A DNA stretch of 63,765 nt, counting the filler, from Folioceros fuciformis (Eukaryota), in NCBI GenBank assembly GCA_049999805.1. It is 3 parts of 3 records of this genome, joined end to end, with 100 filler letters (N's around TTAATTAATTAA, not from the genome) between each part and the next. Parts side by side here need not be neighbours in the genome. Positions count along the whole stretch, not along the records: positions 1 to 29,880 come from JBNGIO010006131.1; positions 29,981 to 55,457 come from JBNGIO010006132.1; 1 more part is not named here. One strand, given 5' to 3'. The notes beneath the pieces are model-generated. The model had not been told where the DNA came from. It saw only the letters and a program-made list of their open reading frames with translations, and ran no database searches. Shown here in pieces: positions 27,072 through 40,735 of this stretch. The position numbers were made by a program, and so were the translations under genes. Each line of letters starts with the position of its first letter. Within the stretch, counting starts at the first letter, position 1.

Positions 27072-28707
27072 TTGTGGTGTCTTGGAGTGCCTAGCGCTGT
27101 TGTCAATCCGGTTGGAGTTCCTGGCTCTGATCACGAAGATTCTGAGCTACAACTCTGTCAGGATGACGAGTTCTTGTCGACTCCGGCCATCCCTCTTCGT
27201 ACTTGGTATGTGCACTTCGTGGCCACCGACTCTCGGCCAGTACGCGCTTGTACGTCAATCCGAGTGGAGGCAGCAGAGAATTTGTCACTGATTCGGACGT
27301 TGGCTTGTGTTGTTGCGTCCGTTGAATCAGGATTTTGCCTGGCAGCACTCTCGGTGTCCGTGGAGGCAGGGAGGTCACTGCTTGCAACCAAGCACGCACT
27401 GTTTGTGTTTGGAGACTCTTATGTAGACGATGGGAACTTGCCCAAAACGGCAAGAAACTGGGCGAATCCGTATGGGAGGTCACGGCCTGGCTCTCCCACC
27501 GGAAGATTCTCTAATGGCCGAGTCTTGTCGGATTTCATTGGTGAGTGATTGAGCGGGAGGTACCGGGATTGCAATGGGGGTGCAGGACAAGGGAGGGAAT
27601 TCGTTGGGTCTGGAATTGAGTCATTCAGTTAACAAATTTTACATCTCGGCGTTGTGGCAGCAAAGCTCCTGCGGATTAGGCCTCCTCCGCCGTACAACTA
27701 CCTGCCACAGCCTCCGTCTGCCTCCTCCATCGCCCACGGGTTGAACTTCGCTGAGGGTGGCAGTGGCGTGTTCCGGGGAGGCCCTTCCCTCGACTTCAGA
27801 AACGCCAGCGACCAGATCGTACAATTCCAGGAGGTGCTCGCAATCGGCGCCTTCACAGCAGAGCAGCTCTCCCACGCATTCGTCCTGTTTTCCATCTCAG
27901 GAAACGACTACTACGCATTCCTGGCAATCAACGGGCTCGGCAACCTCACGGTCAGTTCCTCTCCCTTCAACCAGTAGAAGATCGTGACATCCTCATCAGG
28001 CTGCACATCTCTGACGAACCAAGATTTAAAATCTGCACCTCGGCCTGTCGCAGCTGTACCCGCCCTTCATTGCCTCCGTGGTGAAGCAGATGTCCGTGGA
28101 CATCACCACCTTATATGAATTGGGACTGCGCAAATTCATCATCCCCAACCTGGTGAATGTGGGTTGTGCTCCCAGCAGCGCCTTGCTCACCAACTTCACC
28201 GCATGCGTCGACAGTCTCAACAGCCTTGCGGCTCTGCACAATCAACTGCTGACCGCGGCTGTGCACCAGCTCACGGCCTCATTGCCAGGCTCCAGCTTCC
28301 TCACACTGGATCAGTTCAAGGCGTTCAGCACCATCTTCGCTGACCTGCCAGGATTCGGTAAGCCTGCACTGGAATTTCCCAACACTCGTTCCTAATCGAT
28401 ACCAGCCAATCCCCATGCTTCAAAGCACTCCCCGTACTTCAATGCTGTAACATGGCGGGCTGGTCTGACAGGATTCAAGAATACTTTGGAGCCGTGCTGC
28501 TTGGGAACTGGGACTCAAGGCAATTGTGGCCTTTACGATGCCGCCGGCAATGCATTGTTCACAGTGTGCAAAGCGCCCAAGAAGTCATTTTTCTGGGACA
28601 TGAGCCATCCAACGGATGCGGGATGGAGAACTGTGAGCACGCTCTACATCAAAGGCTCAAACTTCACAGCCCCGCTACCAAACTTGCGGGCATTTATCGC
28701 AGCGTAA
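27072..28707 (+). CDS. GDSL esterase/lipase, multi-exon (start uncertain)
   Basis: LFVFGDSYVDDGN, PYG...PTGRFSNGRVLSDFI, GLNFAEGGSG, SGNDY, FFWDMSHPTD. Confidence 0.92.
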
Positions 28708-29685
28708 TCTCGGGTTCTATCCAATCCTTCACTCCAAGCGTTTCTCTGCTATTTTTGCTCATGACCGTTGAGCCGACCTCGTTGAGAGGGAATAAAAGAC
28801 CCTAGGTTTTGCAAGAATATCTGGGACTGTGGACCCGGATATACATTGTAGACCATTCACACAGCGCTGAAGATGTAATATACACCATGAAATATTTAGG
28901 GTTTAGGGTTTAATTCGCATCAATCCGCATCAACTCGACAAGGCCTATATAGCAAAGAAAACTTTCACTCACATGTGGCACAAAATCCCAAGGCATTATG
29001 AGAGGGATTGTAGAAAGAAGAATGGTGTGAGCCCAACAGGAGTTAGCCATCCAAGAGTCTTATATTGTTGTAGCCAAAGCTAAACATGTTTCCAAAGTCC
29101 TCAACCCCCTAAAGACATTGTATGGTTTGACACAATTTTACACAGCCCACAATGAAGTATTTCATGAGGGCCCACAATGAAGTATTTGATGAAGTCCTTA
29201 TTGAGTGAGCTAGGTCTTGTTTGCCTTGATACTGACACTAGTGTACATAAAATTCTATTCGAAGGACAAGATTCTTACAAGGATCGCTTGTTACATTGTT
29301 AGTTGAGCATTCATCGTCCTTCCCCTAGTGGCTTTTCTCCTAATCTTACTTTGTTAGCTGGGCATTCATCGTCCTTCCCTTGGTGGCTTTTCTCCTCAAC
29401 TGGCACACCCACAATTATTCGCCAAACCTCGCTGTCCCCTAATTTGCTGTCAGGAGTGGATGGTCCTCCCTCATACTGCACATCTCAAATCTCCAGTGGG
29501 CAAACTATGTCTCTCTGTCTTTTAGTCGTTTCCAGCATTGACATTTACTTTCAACAGGTTGGTGAAGGGTTCTACTAACCTACATGCCTTACCATCTCCC
29601 ACCCTGGCTACCTTCTCACCCTCACCAATACCTTCTCACCCTCACCAATACCATACTCAGATTGCTGCAAGATCTGCCACGATAT

Positions 29686-29880
29686 CTCACATTCACTAGT
29701 CCACCTCTACAAAGGAAGATCCCTCTCACATTCACTAGTCCACCTCTACAAAGGAAGATCCCTCTCACATTCACTAGTCCACCTCTACAAAGGAAGATCC
29801 CTCTCACATTCACTAGTCCACCTCTACAAAGGAAGATCCCTCTCACATTCACTAGTCCACCTCTACAAAGGAAGATCCCT
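29686..29880. repeat. 39-bp tandem repeat, 5 or more copies, running into the gap
   Basis: CTCACATTCACTAGTCCACCTCTACAAAGGAAGATCCCT in identical units. Confidence 0.95.
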
Positions 29881-29980
29881 NNNNNNNNNNNNNNNNNNNN
29901 NNNNNNNNNNNNNNNNNNNNNNNNTTAATTAATTAANNNNNNNNNNNNNNNNNNNNNNNNNNNNNNNNNNNNNNNNNNNN
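29881..29980. other. Artificial contig-join spacer
   Basis: N run with a central TTAATTAATTAA (stops in all six frames). Confidence 0.95.
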
Positions 29981-29988
29981 GTATTAGT

Positions 29989-32900
29989 TTGTGCCCATCG
30001 CTACCCTCTTCCCAAATGCACCTACCTCACCGACGCCGGCAACGCACCCGCCTTCTAAGCTTTGTATATGTGGCGTTCGGGGATTTCTTCGATGGATTAC
30101 CACGGCCGGTGGAGAAGGAGGAAAGAAAGCGGTGGAGGCAAGTGCGGCAGGAGGTGTTGATTGCCGTTGGCAAATGCACCTCCCTCAGGCAACTGGAAGG
30201 CTTGCCTCATGACATCTACGAGGGGCGAGAAGATGACGATGAGGAAGCACTGTTGGGAGGTTTAGAGTCGATTGCCAACTACTCGGCCTTAGAAACGTTG
30301 AATTTGGTAGACTGCACCGCTGTGTGGGGGAGTGAAGTTACATGTGCTGCCCTTTCGGGCTTCCTCCGCTCCAGTCCCAGCATCCGCCATTTGGTGTTGG
30401 CGCGTACAGGTCTGAAGCTAGACGGGCTGGGTCAATTGGTGCGGGGGTTGGAGGCGAATCTCCACCGCCCTCTCCGCTGGCTGGATCTGTCAGGGAACGA
30501 GGTGGGAGGTGGTGATGGCGGTGCAGCAGGAGGTGAGGGCGGGGCTTTGCAGTTAGCGAAGCTGCTTCAGGCCACCGTGTGCCCCAACTTGCAAAATTTG
30601 TCGAAGAACTCGTCGGTGCGCACATTGCACGTGGGAGGGGAGAAAGACAAAGGGGTAGGGTTACTGCTTTGGACGGGACTGGCGAGGGAGAGGGACAGTT
30701 GCCCCACCCACACTGGTTTGGCGGAGGAGAATGGAGATGTCACCGACCTTACCATCTACTGGATGAGCGAAGAAGATGTGGACGACGTGAATGTCGTGTT
30801 GAGCACTAATCCTGTGCTGGAAGAGTTGTGTCTGTGGAATGCCTCCTGTGCTGTAGCAAATATAGGGTTGACGGTGAAAGAGAATACCAACATCAAGATG
30901 CTATCGTTACAACATGGAAAGTACAGCCAAAACTTCATCAGAATATTCCTACAATCATTGCAGGTCAACGCAGCAGTGAAAACGCTCTTCCTACATGTAA
31001 CGGAAATACTGGACTTGCATGTGAAAAGCAACGACCGGATATCGGACCTCGATGTGGTAAGCAGCGACCGGCTATTGGATCTCGATGTGGAAAGCAACGA
31101 CGACCGGGTATCGGACCTCGATGTGGAAAGCAGCGACGAGGTGTTGGACCTCGGTGTGGAAAGCAGCGACCAAGTATGGGACCTTAATGTGGACAGCAGC
31201 GACAAGGTATCGGACCACGATGTGGAAAGCAGCGACCGGCTATCGGACCTCGATGTGGAAAGCAGCGACCGGCTATCATACCTCAATGTGGAAAGTAACG
31301 ATGACCGGGTATCGGACCTCGATGTGGAAAGCAGCGACGACCGGGTATCGTACCTCGGTGTGGAAAGCAGCAACGAGGTATCGGACCTCAGTGTGGAAAG
31401 CAGCAACCAGGTATTGGACCTCAGTGTGGAAAGCAGCGACCAGGTATCGGACCTCGATGTGGAAAGCAGCAACCGGGTATTGGAATTCTTGTACATCCAG
31501 CTGATGGACGTGTTGGATAAAAATATATCCTTGGAAAGCATTTACCCTAGACCTTCCACCTGGAAAGGTGGCATTGATAGAGGAAAAATTACAGCGAAAT
31601 AGAAGCATAGCAACTTATCTTCCTCAATTCCAAGCACAGAATTTCCAATTTGCCACTCCAACCACTGGTAGAATTTTCCTTCTCGGTCCACCAGCTGCAG
31701 GTAATACTGCTTTTTCTTTTTTTAACGTTATTGAATGTGCCAGTCACCACGTAACTAAGTTGTGCTTGAACATTTTTTCATGAAGGAAAAACAACTTTGC
31801 GAAAAAAACATATGCAAATTCCATGATTCTCAAGCAAAATCAACGGACTGGAGCATGCGGATCAAGAAGTTTATATGGCAGCCATGGAGGAAAACTAAAG
31901 GCATAGTAGTAGAGTCCCTCCTCCATCTAGAAATGGGATTGCAAGTAAGCTTTTGGGATTTAGCTGGCTAAGATGAGTATCGCATTCTGCATGACTATCT
32001 CTTCCCTAATATCCATCAAGCTTGCTTATTTTTATTTGTGTTTAGTCCTTTTCAATTAATAAAGCTTTTAAATAGTAATGAAATTAGCACACAATTTCGA
32101 AACAATTTAGTTATTGGTTAGTTTATTAGTTATTTTCGAAACAATTTAGTTATTGGAAGTTTATTTCATCTAATACGCAAGAAAGGAGGAAGAAGAAACC
32201 AAAAGTATTTGTAATCATCACTCATTTAGATAAGTTTGAAAAAGAGAAAAAGACCATTCGTAATAATTTACACGAAGAATTTAACAAATTAAAAAATATA
32301 TATATAATGAACTTATTAGTTTTCGGATGGAAATTCAAATGATAAATACTCTTTCTACAATAGACATAGAAAATATATGGTCATATACCTCAAAAACACT
32401 AAAAATACTTGTGTGAGAAAGCAATTAAAGTGCCAAAAGTGTGTGAGAAGGTAAGTAGTGCCTTGATAAAGTGGACACTACATAACCAATCTCAACCCTT
32501 CATGACCCAAGCTGAGTTTACAAGCTTTTGTATGTCCACGTGTGAAGAATTAACTAGCTTAGAGTGGGTTGACCAAATCAACATTATAAAGGCTATTTCA
32601 TCTTATCTAAATGATAGTGGAAATATTCTTTAATTTAAAAAGTTTAATATCAGAATAGTAAATCCAAATTGGATGACTGAGCACTTTTTAGGTCAACTTA
32701 TACAAACACGTAGTCCTTTACTCAAAGAAACTAATGACCAAGGATTTATTGCACGAAACCATCTCGAACATGTCCTTGATTCTATATTTGTTAATGATGC
32801 TAAGTACACTAACTTGAAAACCCAAGACTTGGTGAATATTATGGAGGAGTTAGAATTGTGTTACAAAGCCACTTTAGAAGATGGTCAAGTACAAGGCTTC

Positions 32901-34429
32901 TTCATTGCAACAACGATTTGTCCCCCACCGGGCAAGAAGAAAGCTCTACAATGGTTATCTGGATGCGATAAGCAAAGAGTGCAATACGAATTTTTTGGAT
33001 GTCGAATGCAATGTGAAGATTCTTTTCGAATGGTTTTAATATATGGTTTTTTTCCACGGTTTCAGGTACGCTTTACTTCTTTGTGTGAAGTACTTACGTT
33101 CAAGAATATGACAAAGATGCTAATCTACTTAGTGTAGCTACTTGCATTCACTCCTCATATTTCCTTGTTGTAGGTGGCCTTACAAAATCGTCTCTTTTCT
33201 AAGACCAACTTTAGAATGAATCCTCATCAATACAAGTTTGGTTACAATCTTATCTCAATGGCTTGTGACAACATCAATATTTTGATAGAATTGAGTGGTG
33301 GAGACATAATTGGTGATTATGTCGACGTACTCATCAGATCAAAACAAAGTCCAAGTTTGGCTTATGCATTTGTGAAACATCACATCCTTGACGAGTTGAG
33401 AGCTTTTTGGGCTTCACCGAAAGGTTGCCACATTGGTGCAAGGTATCATAAATCCCTATTGTGTACTCAACTTGATACCTTGCAATGATAGACATGGGCA
33501 AGCATGGTTGGAAAAGGATTATAGAGAGCATCTTCTAGATGAAAAGCAAGCTTTGAAGTGCGGGAAAGGATACTTTACAATGAGCAACATATTGGATGAT
33601 GTACATTATTGGCCTGAAATTCCTGGACATGGGCCACATTTGACATCCAATGCCTTAGTAGAACTTTTGGATGCAGAAGACTTGAGCAAGATAGTGAGGG
33701 AGAATGCTAAGTTTCACGAGGATCAACATCATTCCATATTGAAAATGGTGGATGCTCTTACACATGGCAAGCAAAAAGGTGTAGGTGGAGGTGATAGTTT
33801 GTCTATGACAACAAAAGAGACAATTACGAGCTCAAAGTCAAAAGATCGTTTTGCAAGTGTGACTTCAACAAGTTCTTGTTTTTGTAAGGTGTCGTTCTGA
33901 TCTTTTGGGTGGAACAAGATTGGAACGCATGGAATATATGTTGAAGAATATCAAGGACAACCAAGACATGCATCATGGGGAAGTTATGAGAAAATTAGAT
34001 TGCAATAAAGAGGAGATGTTGAGGGCCATCAAGTTTAGTGACGAGAAGCTAACAAATTTCAACAGGGATACTTTGGGTTTATTGGAGTTGCTCATGAGTG
34101 ACATTATTGGGTATCATAGTTCTTCCAGCTTACCTTGTCGTCCTTACATTTCTCGTGATAATGTATTTGTTGTAGAATTGCTAAAAGCTTTGGTTCAAGT
34201 TGGTGTGCCGGTCCGTCTATGCCTCATGTGTGAAGAGAGGGGTGGGAATCACGTAGTGCAAGGACAATCTAGCTATGCTATGGTTGTTGAGGAGAAAAAT
34301 TGTAAGTGGATTCGCAAGCTTTCAGTGAATGCTGCCAAGATGTTCTGTTTTCTAGTCAAAGTAGGGCTTCATGTGGCTGCTGGGATAGACATACCAAATG
34401 GTATAAAAGGACTTGCATTAGGGACATAA
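29989..34429 (+). pseudogene. TORNADO1-like LRR-ROC-COR (Roco) gene, disrupted
   Basis: RI-type LRRs (LRWLDLSGNEVG), P-loop RIFLLGPPAAG|KTTL, RKTKGI, FWDLAG*DEYRILHDYLFP (stop at 31969), COR-like GFFPRFQV and CLMCE; several frameshifts and stops. Confidence 0.8.
31006..31480 (+). repeat. Coding minisatellite, about 14 units of 33/36 bp (VSDLDVESSDR)
   Basis: GGACCTCGATGTGGAAAGCAGCGAC core repeated in frame. Confidence 0.95.
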
Positions 34430-34744
34430 TCCATGTTGGCCAATAGTGAATTGGTGCTAATGGAAGCCACAGATAGGAATGATGGGGAAGTGGCCATGGA
34501 TGGAGGGTTGAAAGAGCTTCTCGAGTCCATTCAATCTCGCAACGAAATGTGGAAGTTATTTTAGTTGACGCGAGTGAGATACTTGGAAGACAAGAAAACA
34601 ACATGGCTTTGTGATGAATGCATAATGAAGTGCAAGAATAAGGGGCTTGTTGTAGATTGTTGATTTTCGAAGATTAGGAGTATGAAATGTAATAGGTTTG
34701 CTTTACTATGCCACTTTGTATGTAGCATTGCAATGCACTGCTAC

Positions 34745-34840
34745 TAATCATATATTGTAATGAAGGATTTGGATTCAAAAGCATGGTTGTATTAATCATA
34801 TATTGTAATGAAGGATTTGGATTCAAAAGCATGGTTGTAT
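34745..34840. repeat. 48-bp direct duplication
   Basis: TAATCATATATTGTAATGAAGGATTTGGATTCAAAAGCATGGTTGTAT twice. Confidence 0.9.
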
Positions 34841-35364
34841 TTCATTTTATGAATGATGATGAGAAACAGTCTAATCCAATGTTAGTTAGCATAACATTTT
34901 ATGAAAATGTTCACCTCGACATGCGGTGCTAAGGGTGCAGATATGTGGGCAAGCTCTTTTGTTGACGTTCTCCATCTCCATGCCAGCACAGCCCCAATTG
35001 AACATAACGTAGTGAAAGAAGGATTTTGGTCAAATCAAGTACAGTGGCAAGACAATAGGTCTAAGAGGGTAACGTATGTCTTGTGCTCAAGATTACTTGC
35101 GGAGTTGCGCTCTTTTAGTCAATTGCCTCCCTTGTGCTCCGCTCCTGACAGTTGGTCTCATGAAGCAATTCGCATGTACAGCAACACTTTAAAGGTGGCT
35201 ATCTAGATTGACTATTCCTCCACCTCTTTGGGTTTATACTTATACGGAGATGCAAACCCAGCATGGCCTCGGAATGCAGGGCAACTTTTCTCATCTTCAA
35301 ACGTACACCTTCAGCTTTTAGTAGGCTCTCTCGAGATTAACAAATGGTCGAAGGAGACTAGAGC

Positions 35365-35480
35365 AGGAGGCCATTGATGATGACCATCTCGAAAGGAGGC
35401 CATTGATGATGACCATCTCGAAANNNNNNNNNNATGATGACCATCTCGAAAGGAGGCCATTGATGATGACCATCTCGAAA
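35365..35480. repeat. 29-bp tandem repeat spanning a small gap
   Basis: AGGAGGCCATTGATGATGACCATCTCGAA, about 4 copies. Confidence 0.9.
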
Positions 35481-35813
35481 CTCCAACAGGAGGATGGGGG
35501 AAGGCTATGTGTAGCAAAACCTTTGGATCCTTGGGGCACATTCACGATTCTACTGAACGGAACGTCTTATAGCTGCCATTGCTTCCCTAGTACTTGAAAG
35601 ACCTTAAGTATGGCTTGGCAAGATGTCTAGCCACGTATTAGTGATTCAACAGCTAATAGTATTAATAGAAGCAAGAGTGCACGGTCCCATTGTGTCATTC
35701 GTCGAGTCCGTTGCGATAGAATCAACACTAGTTGATGGCCTACGAGAGTTAGTGAGTACCAAGGGACAACATGATCTAGTCCTCGCAGTTCCGTAGGCAT
35801 TTGGGAGCAGCAG

Positions 35814-37770
35814 TCATCCTTCTCGGCTGGACAAGGACAACAAAGGCTTGTCGTTTGGTGCCGTGCAGCGCTCAAGGCATTCGGTGTCCTCGTCAATTGC
35901 TGTGGAAGGAACTCGGTAAGCAAAGCGAACCATACTCGAACCTTGTTTCTTTGAAAACAGAGCAGTGGACTCGGCATGAAAATCCCGCGAAGCCAGGAAG
36001 AGAGGAAGATAAAGCAAGCTTGACAGGAGTAGCTTGCGTGCCGTTGGAGACGACGGCTGGAGATAAAATTGAGATGCCATCAAAGCCATGCCAGTTGTCA
36101 GCATGCTTGTCTCCACCGTGAAGTACTTGGAAGTTGTACCCCTTGTTCAGGAACGTGACAAGACAGATGAAATTGCATCCGAGAGAACACAACTCCCCAG
36201 GCAATATGGCACATGAAGCTTCGACCCGTCACTACTTACATTGGTAAGCTAAAAACCCGAGAGGAAAGAGATAAATGCAATTCCGAAGAGCTGCCGAAGC
36301 CGTTCTTCTACCAGAAACATCAAGAAGTGAGAGCATCTTGTACCTGAATCACGACGTCTTGTAAAACATCAGAAGTAATTTTGCCGAAATCTCCGAGACA
36401 GGCTAGTCGTCTCGAATACTTAGATTGAATACGTTAATGAAGCAAAATACCAGAAAATGAAAGAGCCTAAGCCATACCCTCCAGCTGCATATTCACTTCG
36501 GCAGAGAAATGCCAAAGCCATGAAATGCGGAATCTGCCAGAAGTACTAAGCACCCAGCTTGCCGGATCAAGGTGTCAAGAGGCAGCAGCCCATCTGCCAT
36601 CAGCGAGTAAAATCATGAGTGGCAAAGACTCATCTTCCAATTAAGCTAACCCTGAAGGCACACAGCTAAAGCACGACAGGAAACGCAGTAACATTGTTGA
36701 CTCTATAACACAACGGAACATAGACAACAACATCACGCAAGACGTAGCCCCGCGCATGACCAACTACAATTTCATTTGCAAGTGGTGCCACAAACTCAAC
36801 CTACCCCATGAGCGGAGGAATGGCACCAACAACTGCCCCAACCCAAGTACTAACAGGATGGATCTGCTTGAGAGGAGTGTATGCGACAGTGTACATAGCG
36901 ATATTCGCAGCTCCTAAGGTGGCTGTCAATGCGTTAGCCTGCAACACACTTGAGAAAGAAATTTCCCATCAAAACCGAGAACCAGAGCTTTGACACAGCA
37001 AACAGGAAATATATTTGTTAGGGCGGGCGCCGTAACAAAAAGAAGAGTCACTCCACCATCCCGTGCTCGGAAGAGTTCGAATGGAGAGAGAGCAACCTTC
37101 CAGACTAGTACAGTAATGCCAGTAACGCCAAGACAGGCGGCCCACACCAAAGCATGAGACACAGTAAGGCGCCCTGACGGCAGCGTCCTTCGCATGGTCC
37201 GCTTCATAACAGCATCGTTGCCAACTTCCATCGCCTGGGGCCACCAATCCATGGCATCAGCCTGGAACCAAAGTTCACGGAATTCATGCATGGGCAGCAT
37301 TCCCCGAGCTGCAACGTCATCTGCAAACCGCAAAAACTAGCACCTGGTTGAATGCGCTGGCAGATGCAGCAGCCATCATCGTCCCAGCTGCTGTCCACAA
37401 CCTCTCCGCTTCCCAGTACAAATCCTACTCCTGCAGTAGACAAGACCAGCATGCTGCAACCAGCAGGGAGGGTGGATCCACATGTCAAAATCCTGCAATT
37501 GGCATCCAGGCGAGACGCACTTCTATTGTTCGGCAGATCTCACCTGAGCCGTGCCTTGGATAGCTGCCAATAGCATTGCCCGTAGTGCCGGATGGCCTCT
37601 GCCAGCGGCCTGGACGTATGGGGCAAGACCTCGGTCTGTCCGGCGGCTGGTGCTGCTGCTGCCAGAGCTCCAGAAGCTGAAGCAGAAGATCGGCGCACAC
37701 CGAGGACCAGGAGAGCGCCGCTTCTCCAGGCCCCCGCCGCTCTGACCAGTGCTCCCAGCGTCATGGCCAT
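35814..37770 (-). pseudogene. COX10: Protoheme IX farnesyltransferase (heme O synthase), apparently disrupted
   Basis: [64 protein letters not shown]. Lesions: frameshift after GEVVD, in-frame TGA in WAAAS*HLD, and a deletion before YFWQ. Confidence 0.85.
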
Positions 37771-38163
37771 TCCCACCTGCCAGAGCGCGCGTCGACGCCA
37801 GCAAGGAGCACCAGGAGCATTGAACAACTGGACGCGACGGTAAACCGGGCGACCATACGGTGACCGGACGCGCCGGTGGGAGTGCGACCCCTTGGTGACC
37901 GGATGCACCGATCATCTCAAGCCCTATTCTCGTCATCGTCGGTGACGGGAGAGCGATCGCCATGCAGCTGCGGGATAGGGTAGGAAGGGAATGAGTTGCA
38001 TCGTATGAGTTGCAGAAGAAGAAACAACGAGAACAAGGATGGAGTCCATTTATGGAGATCCTTGCCCTACATGTTGTCCATCAACCGTACATTAAGCTGA
38101 ATTTTTTTGACTCAGATCATTTGATCCGATTTGGTGGTCTCCCGTTTGTTTGGACGCGCAGTG

Positions 38164-39548
38164 ATGCCGTATCTGCAAGATTTCATCGCAAGTATGTAAT
38201 GTTCTTACTGAAAGATCTTTTCCTCCGATTTCAGCCGTTGCTGTATTGCAAGCCTTCCGTTTCTGATGTCTCCCAAAACCCTAAGAGTTGAGCCATGTCT
38301 GTATTACGTGTTGTCCTCGAGCCGTTTCTGTTGTAAGATTGAACGTCAATCCCTCGCGGTTCTGATGAAACTATTTCGGCAGGTTTGGGAGGGCTGCCTG
38401 CACATCTTCAGAAGCAGTATGGTCTCCTTGGACAATTGGACCTGCAGTTCCAAGGTGATGGACCAGTTTTTTAGCCACTTGGATTCTGGTGCCAATTCGC
38501 ATCAACCAGTTAGTTGTTTGGCATCATAATTCATCAACAATTTTGTAACATGCTTTTCGCGGCATTTTTTTCAGAGCATGAGAAGGCAATGCTGGAAAAG
38601 TGTTTTCAGGGGCACAAGGAAGTCACAGAAGCAGCACGGAAGTCTGGTGGTTCCGGGCTGGAAGTTCTTATTCGAAGGCACACTGCAGGCATTGTAGAAG
38701 CCCACAGGGCAGCTCTCGAGGTTGCTGATTACAAAGCGACCTTGGCACAGCAGACTTATGATGTGGTCTGTGTTCCATGTATGTTTCTGTGATTCACTGG
38801 GTGCAAGTCTTACAGTTTTTCGGACCGTCTTATGGTTTATCTGTACTGCAAGACTGATGACACATGGTCCCTTGTGCAGGTTGACAGCCACATTCAGCGG
38901 CTTGATAAGGACCTGAAGAAGTTTGAGGAGGAGCTGAGGAGAGGTTTGACATCGAAGCCAGCATTCTGAGTTCCTCTTTTTCTTACTCAGTTTCGGTTAT
39001 AACCTGTCCATCTTCTTGCGCAGAGCAAGTTCAGATTGGGGGCCAAGGAATTGCAGCAGGGTCAGAGATTCTCATTCAAGAGGAATCAGGGAGGAAAAAG
39101 TACGCACTCAAGACCAACACTTTGTTTCAAAGCGTCCATTCCCTCCTGCAGTTCTCTTTCAGCATGTCGCATCCTGCTTAATTTGCTCTCTGCAGCAGAG
39201 GGCAGTACACTGTTCCTGCTGCCCCACAAGTGGAGATGCATCTACCAGTGCATCCAAACGAGCCAACGTACTGCTACTGCAACCAGGTCTCGTTTGGTGA
39301 AATGATAGCTTGCGACTTTTCGGAGGTGCACATTCTTCTTCTTCCCTCCCTAGCTAAGTTGCTGACGGCAATCCAGTTCTTCCCTACCACCTTTCTCAAT
39401 GCCTTTTACTCATCACACTGTTGCACTTGGACATCAGTGCCCGATAGAGTGGTTCCACTTCGACTGTGTCGGCATCACTGCTCGGCCAAGAGGCAAATGG
39501 TACTGCACCGACTGCTCTACAGTGATGAAGAAACGACGAGTGAAGTAA
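38164..39548 (+). CDS. ING1: PHD finger protein, ING family, multi-exon
   Basis: MPYLQDF...LPAHLQKQY...[19 protein letters not shown]...[33 protein letters not shown]...GKWYCTDC. Confidence 0.9.
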
Positions 39549-39901
39549 CTGACAACCAGAAGGGAGGCATTCCTGCAGGAGGCACAGCACTTTCGCAACA
39601 CAATATGAACCACTTCCTCGCTTCATCAGTTTGTTCCGTTGTGTACATAATTCGCGAGTTTCCGAGCTGCTCATTGCTACGCTCCGGATTAGGACTCTGG
39701 GTATGGGTCCCTTGCCTGGGCCCTACGGCACCGAGGATATCAAACGCAAGTAAAAGTAAAATGCCAGGGCAACTGGGCGCAAGAAAACGCTAGCAACCAC
39801 TCTGTGTACATATTTTGTTTGATGTTCCATATAGCAGATGGATTAGTCAGTTAACCACTTATTCCAGCAACGGTTAGCTGGTGAGTTTGAAGCCATTCTG
39901 C

Positions 39902-40290
39902 TCATGCCTCGACCTGGCACGAGCCGGTCCCCGCGCTTCTGCAACTGATAAGCCTTGCAGCCACAACCAAAAGCTTCCTGGACAGCTGATTATGTCCCTC
40001 AGCAAGTGCAGATTTTGCAGTGTATAGAACAGAAGGAGACAGGCGGTCAAGAAGCTGTTCTTGGCGCCAACCTGTAACCAAGCTTGACCCATCTACACAC
40101 CTGCCCCTGTTTCTCCTTGGTCCCAACCATCGCCTGTACCTCGCTGATCCGTGGAACTTGCTGTAGTAAAAGTGCAGAACATCCTGCATGGCCTTCTGCC
40201 CAACAAATATCTTCACCATGTGGAAGTCCTTGCCAAAGAGATACAGGCCCACTGTAAAAGCCTTGATGTCATTCTCATCCTAGGGGTAAG
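39902..40290 (-). pseudogene. Plant SANT-domain protein fragment (At2g47820/At1g55050-like)
   Basis: *DENDIKAFTVGLYLFGKDFHMVKIFVGQKAMQDVLHFYYSKFHGSARYRRW...TGWRQEQLLDRL; a TAG sits at the expected first SANT Trp (40280-40282). Confidence 0.7.
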
Positions 40291-40735
40291 TCATGGTACC
40301 GGGCAACAGAATCTGGTTGCTCCCAGGTGTTTCCTCGCTTGCCTGATTCAATTTGCTCATACTCGTCTCCTTAGTGTCATCAGTACGGCATTGCACGGAA
40401 CTGGATCAAATTTAACTACTATGGTATGGACGTATTGTTGGAGAGCAGTGGGGATATTGGGGAGGAGACTGGGGACATTGGTGATCGTGTTCACATTTTG
40501 ATGATGTCACTCAAGAGCACAGACAAACGATCGAATTTCTCCAGCAGAGTATTGTTGCGAAACTGAGAACATTTTGTGCTTCTCCTGAAGAGAATCCTGG
40601 ACTTGAACTAGTAGAAGGGATCATCAGGACTGAGTGTGTGGAGAACCTCGGGGAAGGAACCATCATATCCAAAGTCAGTCACAGGGACCGCCTCTACTGA
40701 AGTCAGGGAAGGAACCATGATATCCAAACGAAAGG

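Noticed and set aside
28895-28911. TTTAGGGTTTAGGGTTT telomere-like motif
   Set aside because: Only about 2.5 units; too short to call an interstitial telomere
29881-29980. Palindromic TTAATTAATTAA inside N runs (also 55458-55557)
   Set aside because: Assembly spacer, not biology; adjacency across it is not evidence of linkage
30756-31541. Repetitive antisense and alternative-frame ORFs
   Set aside because: Open only because of the stop-free 33-bp repeat
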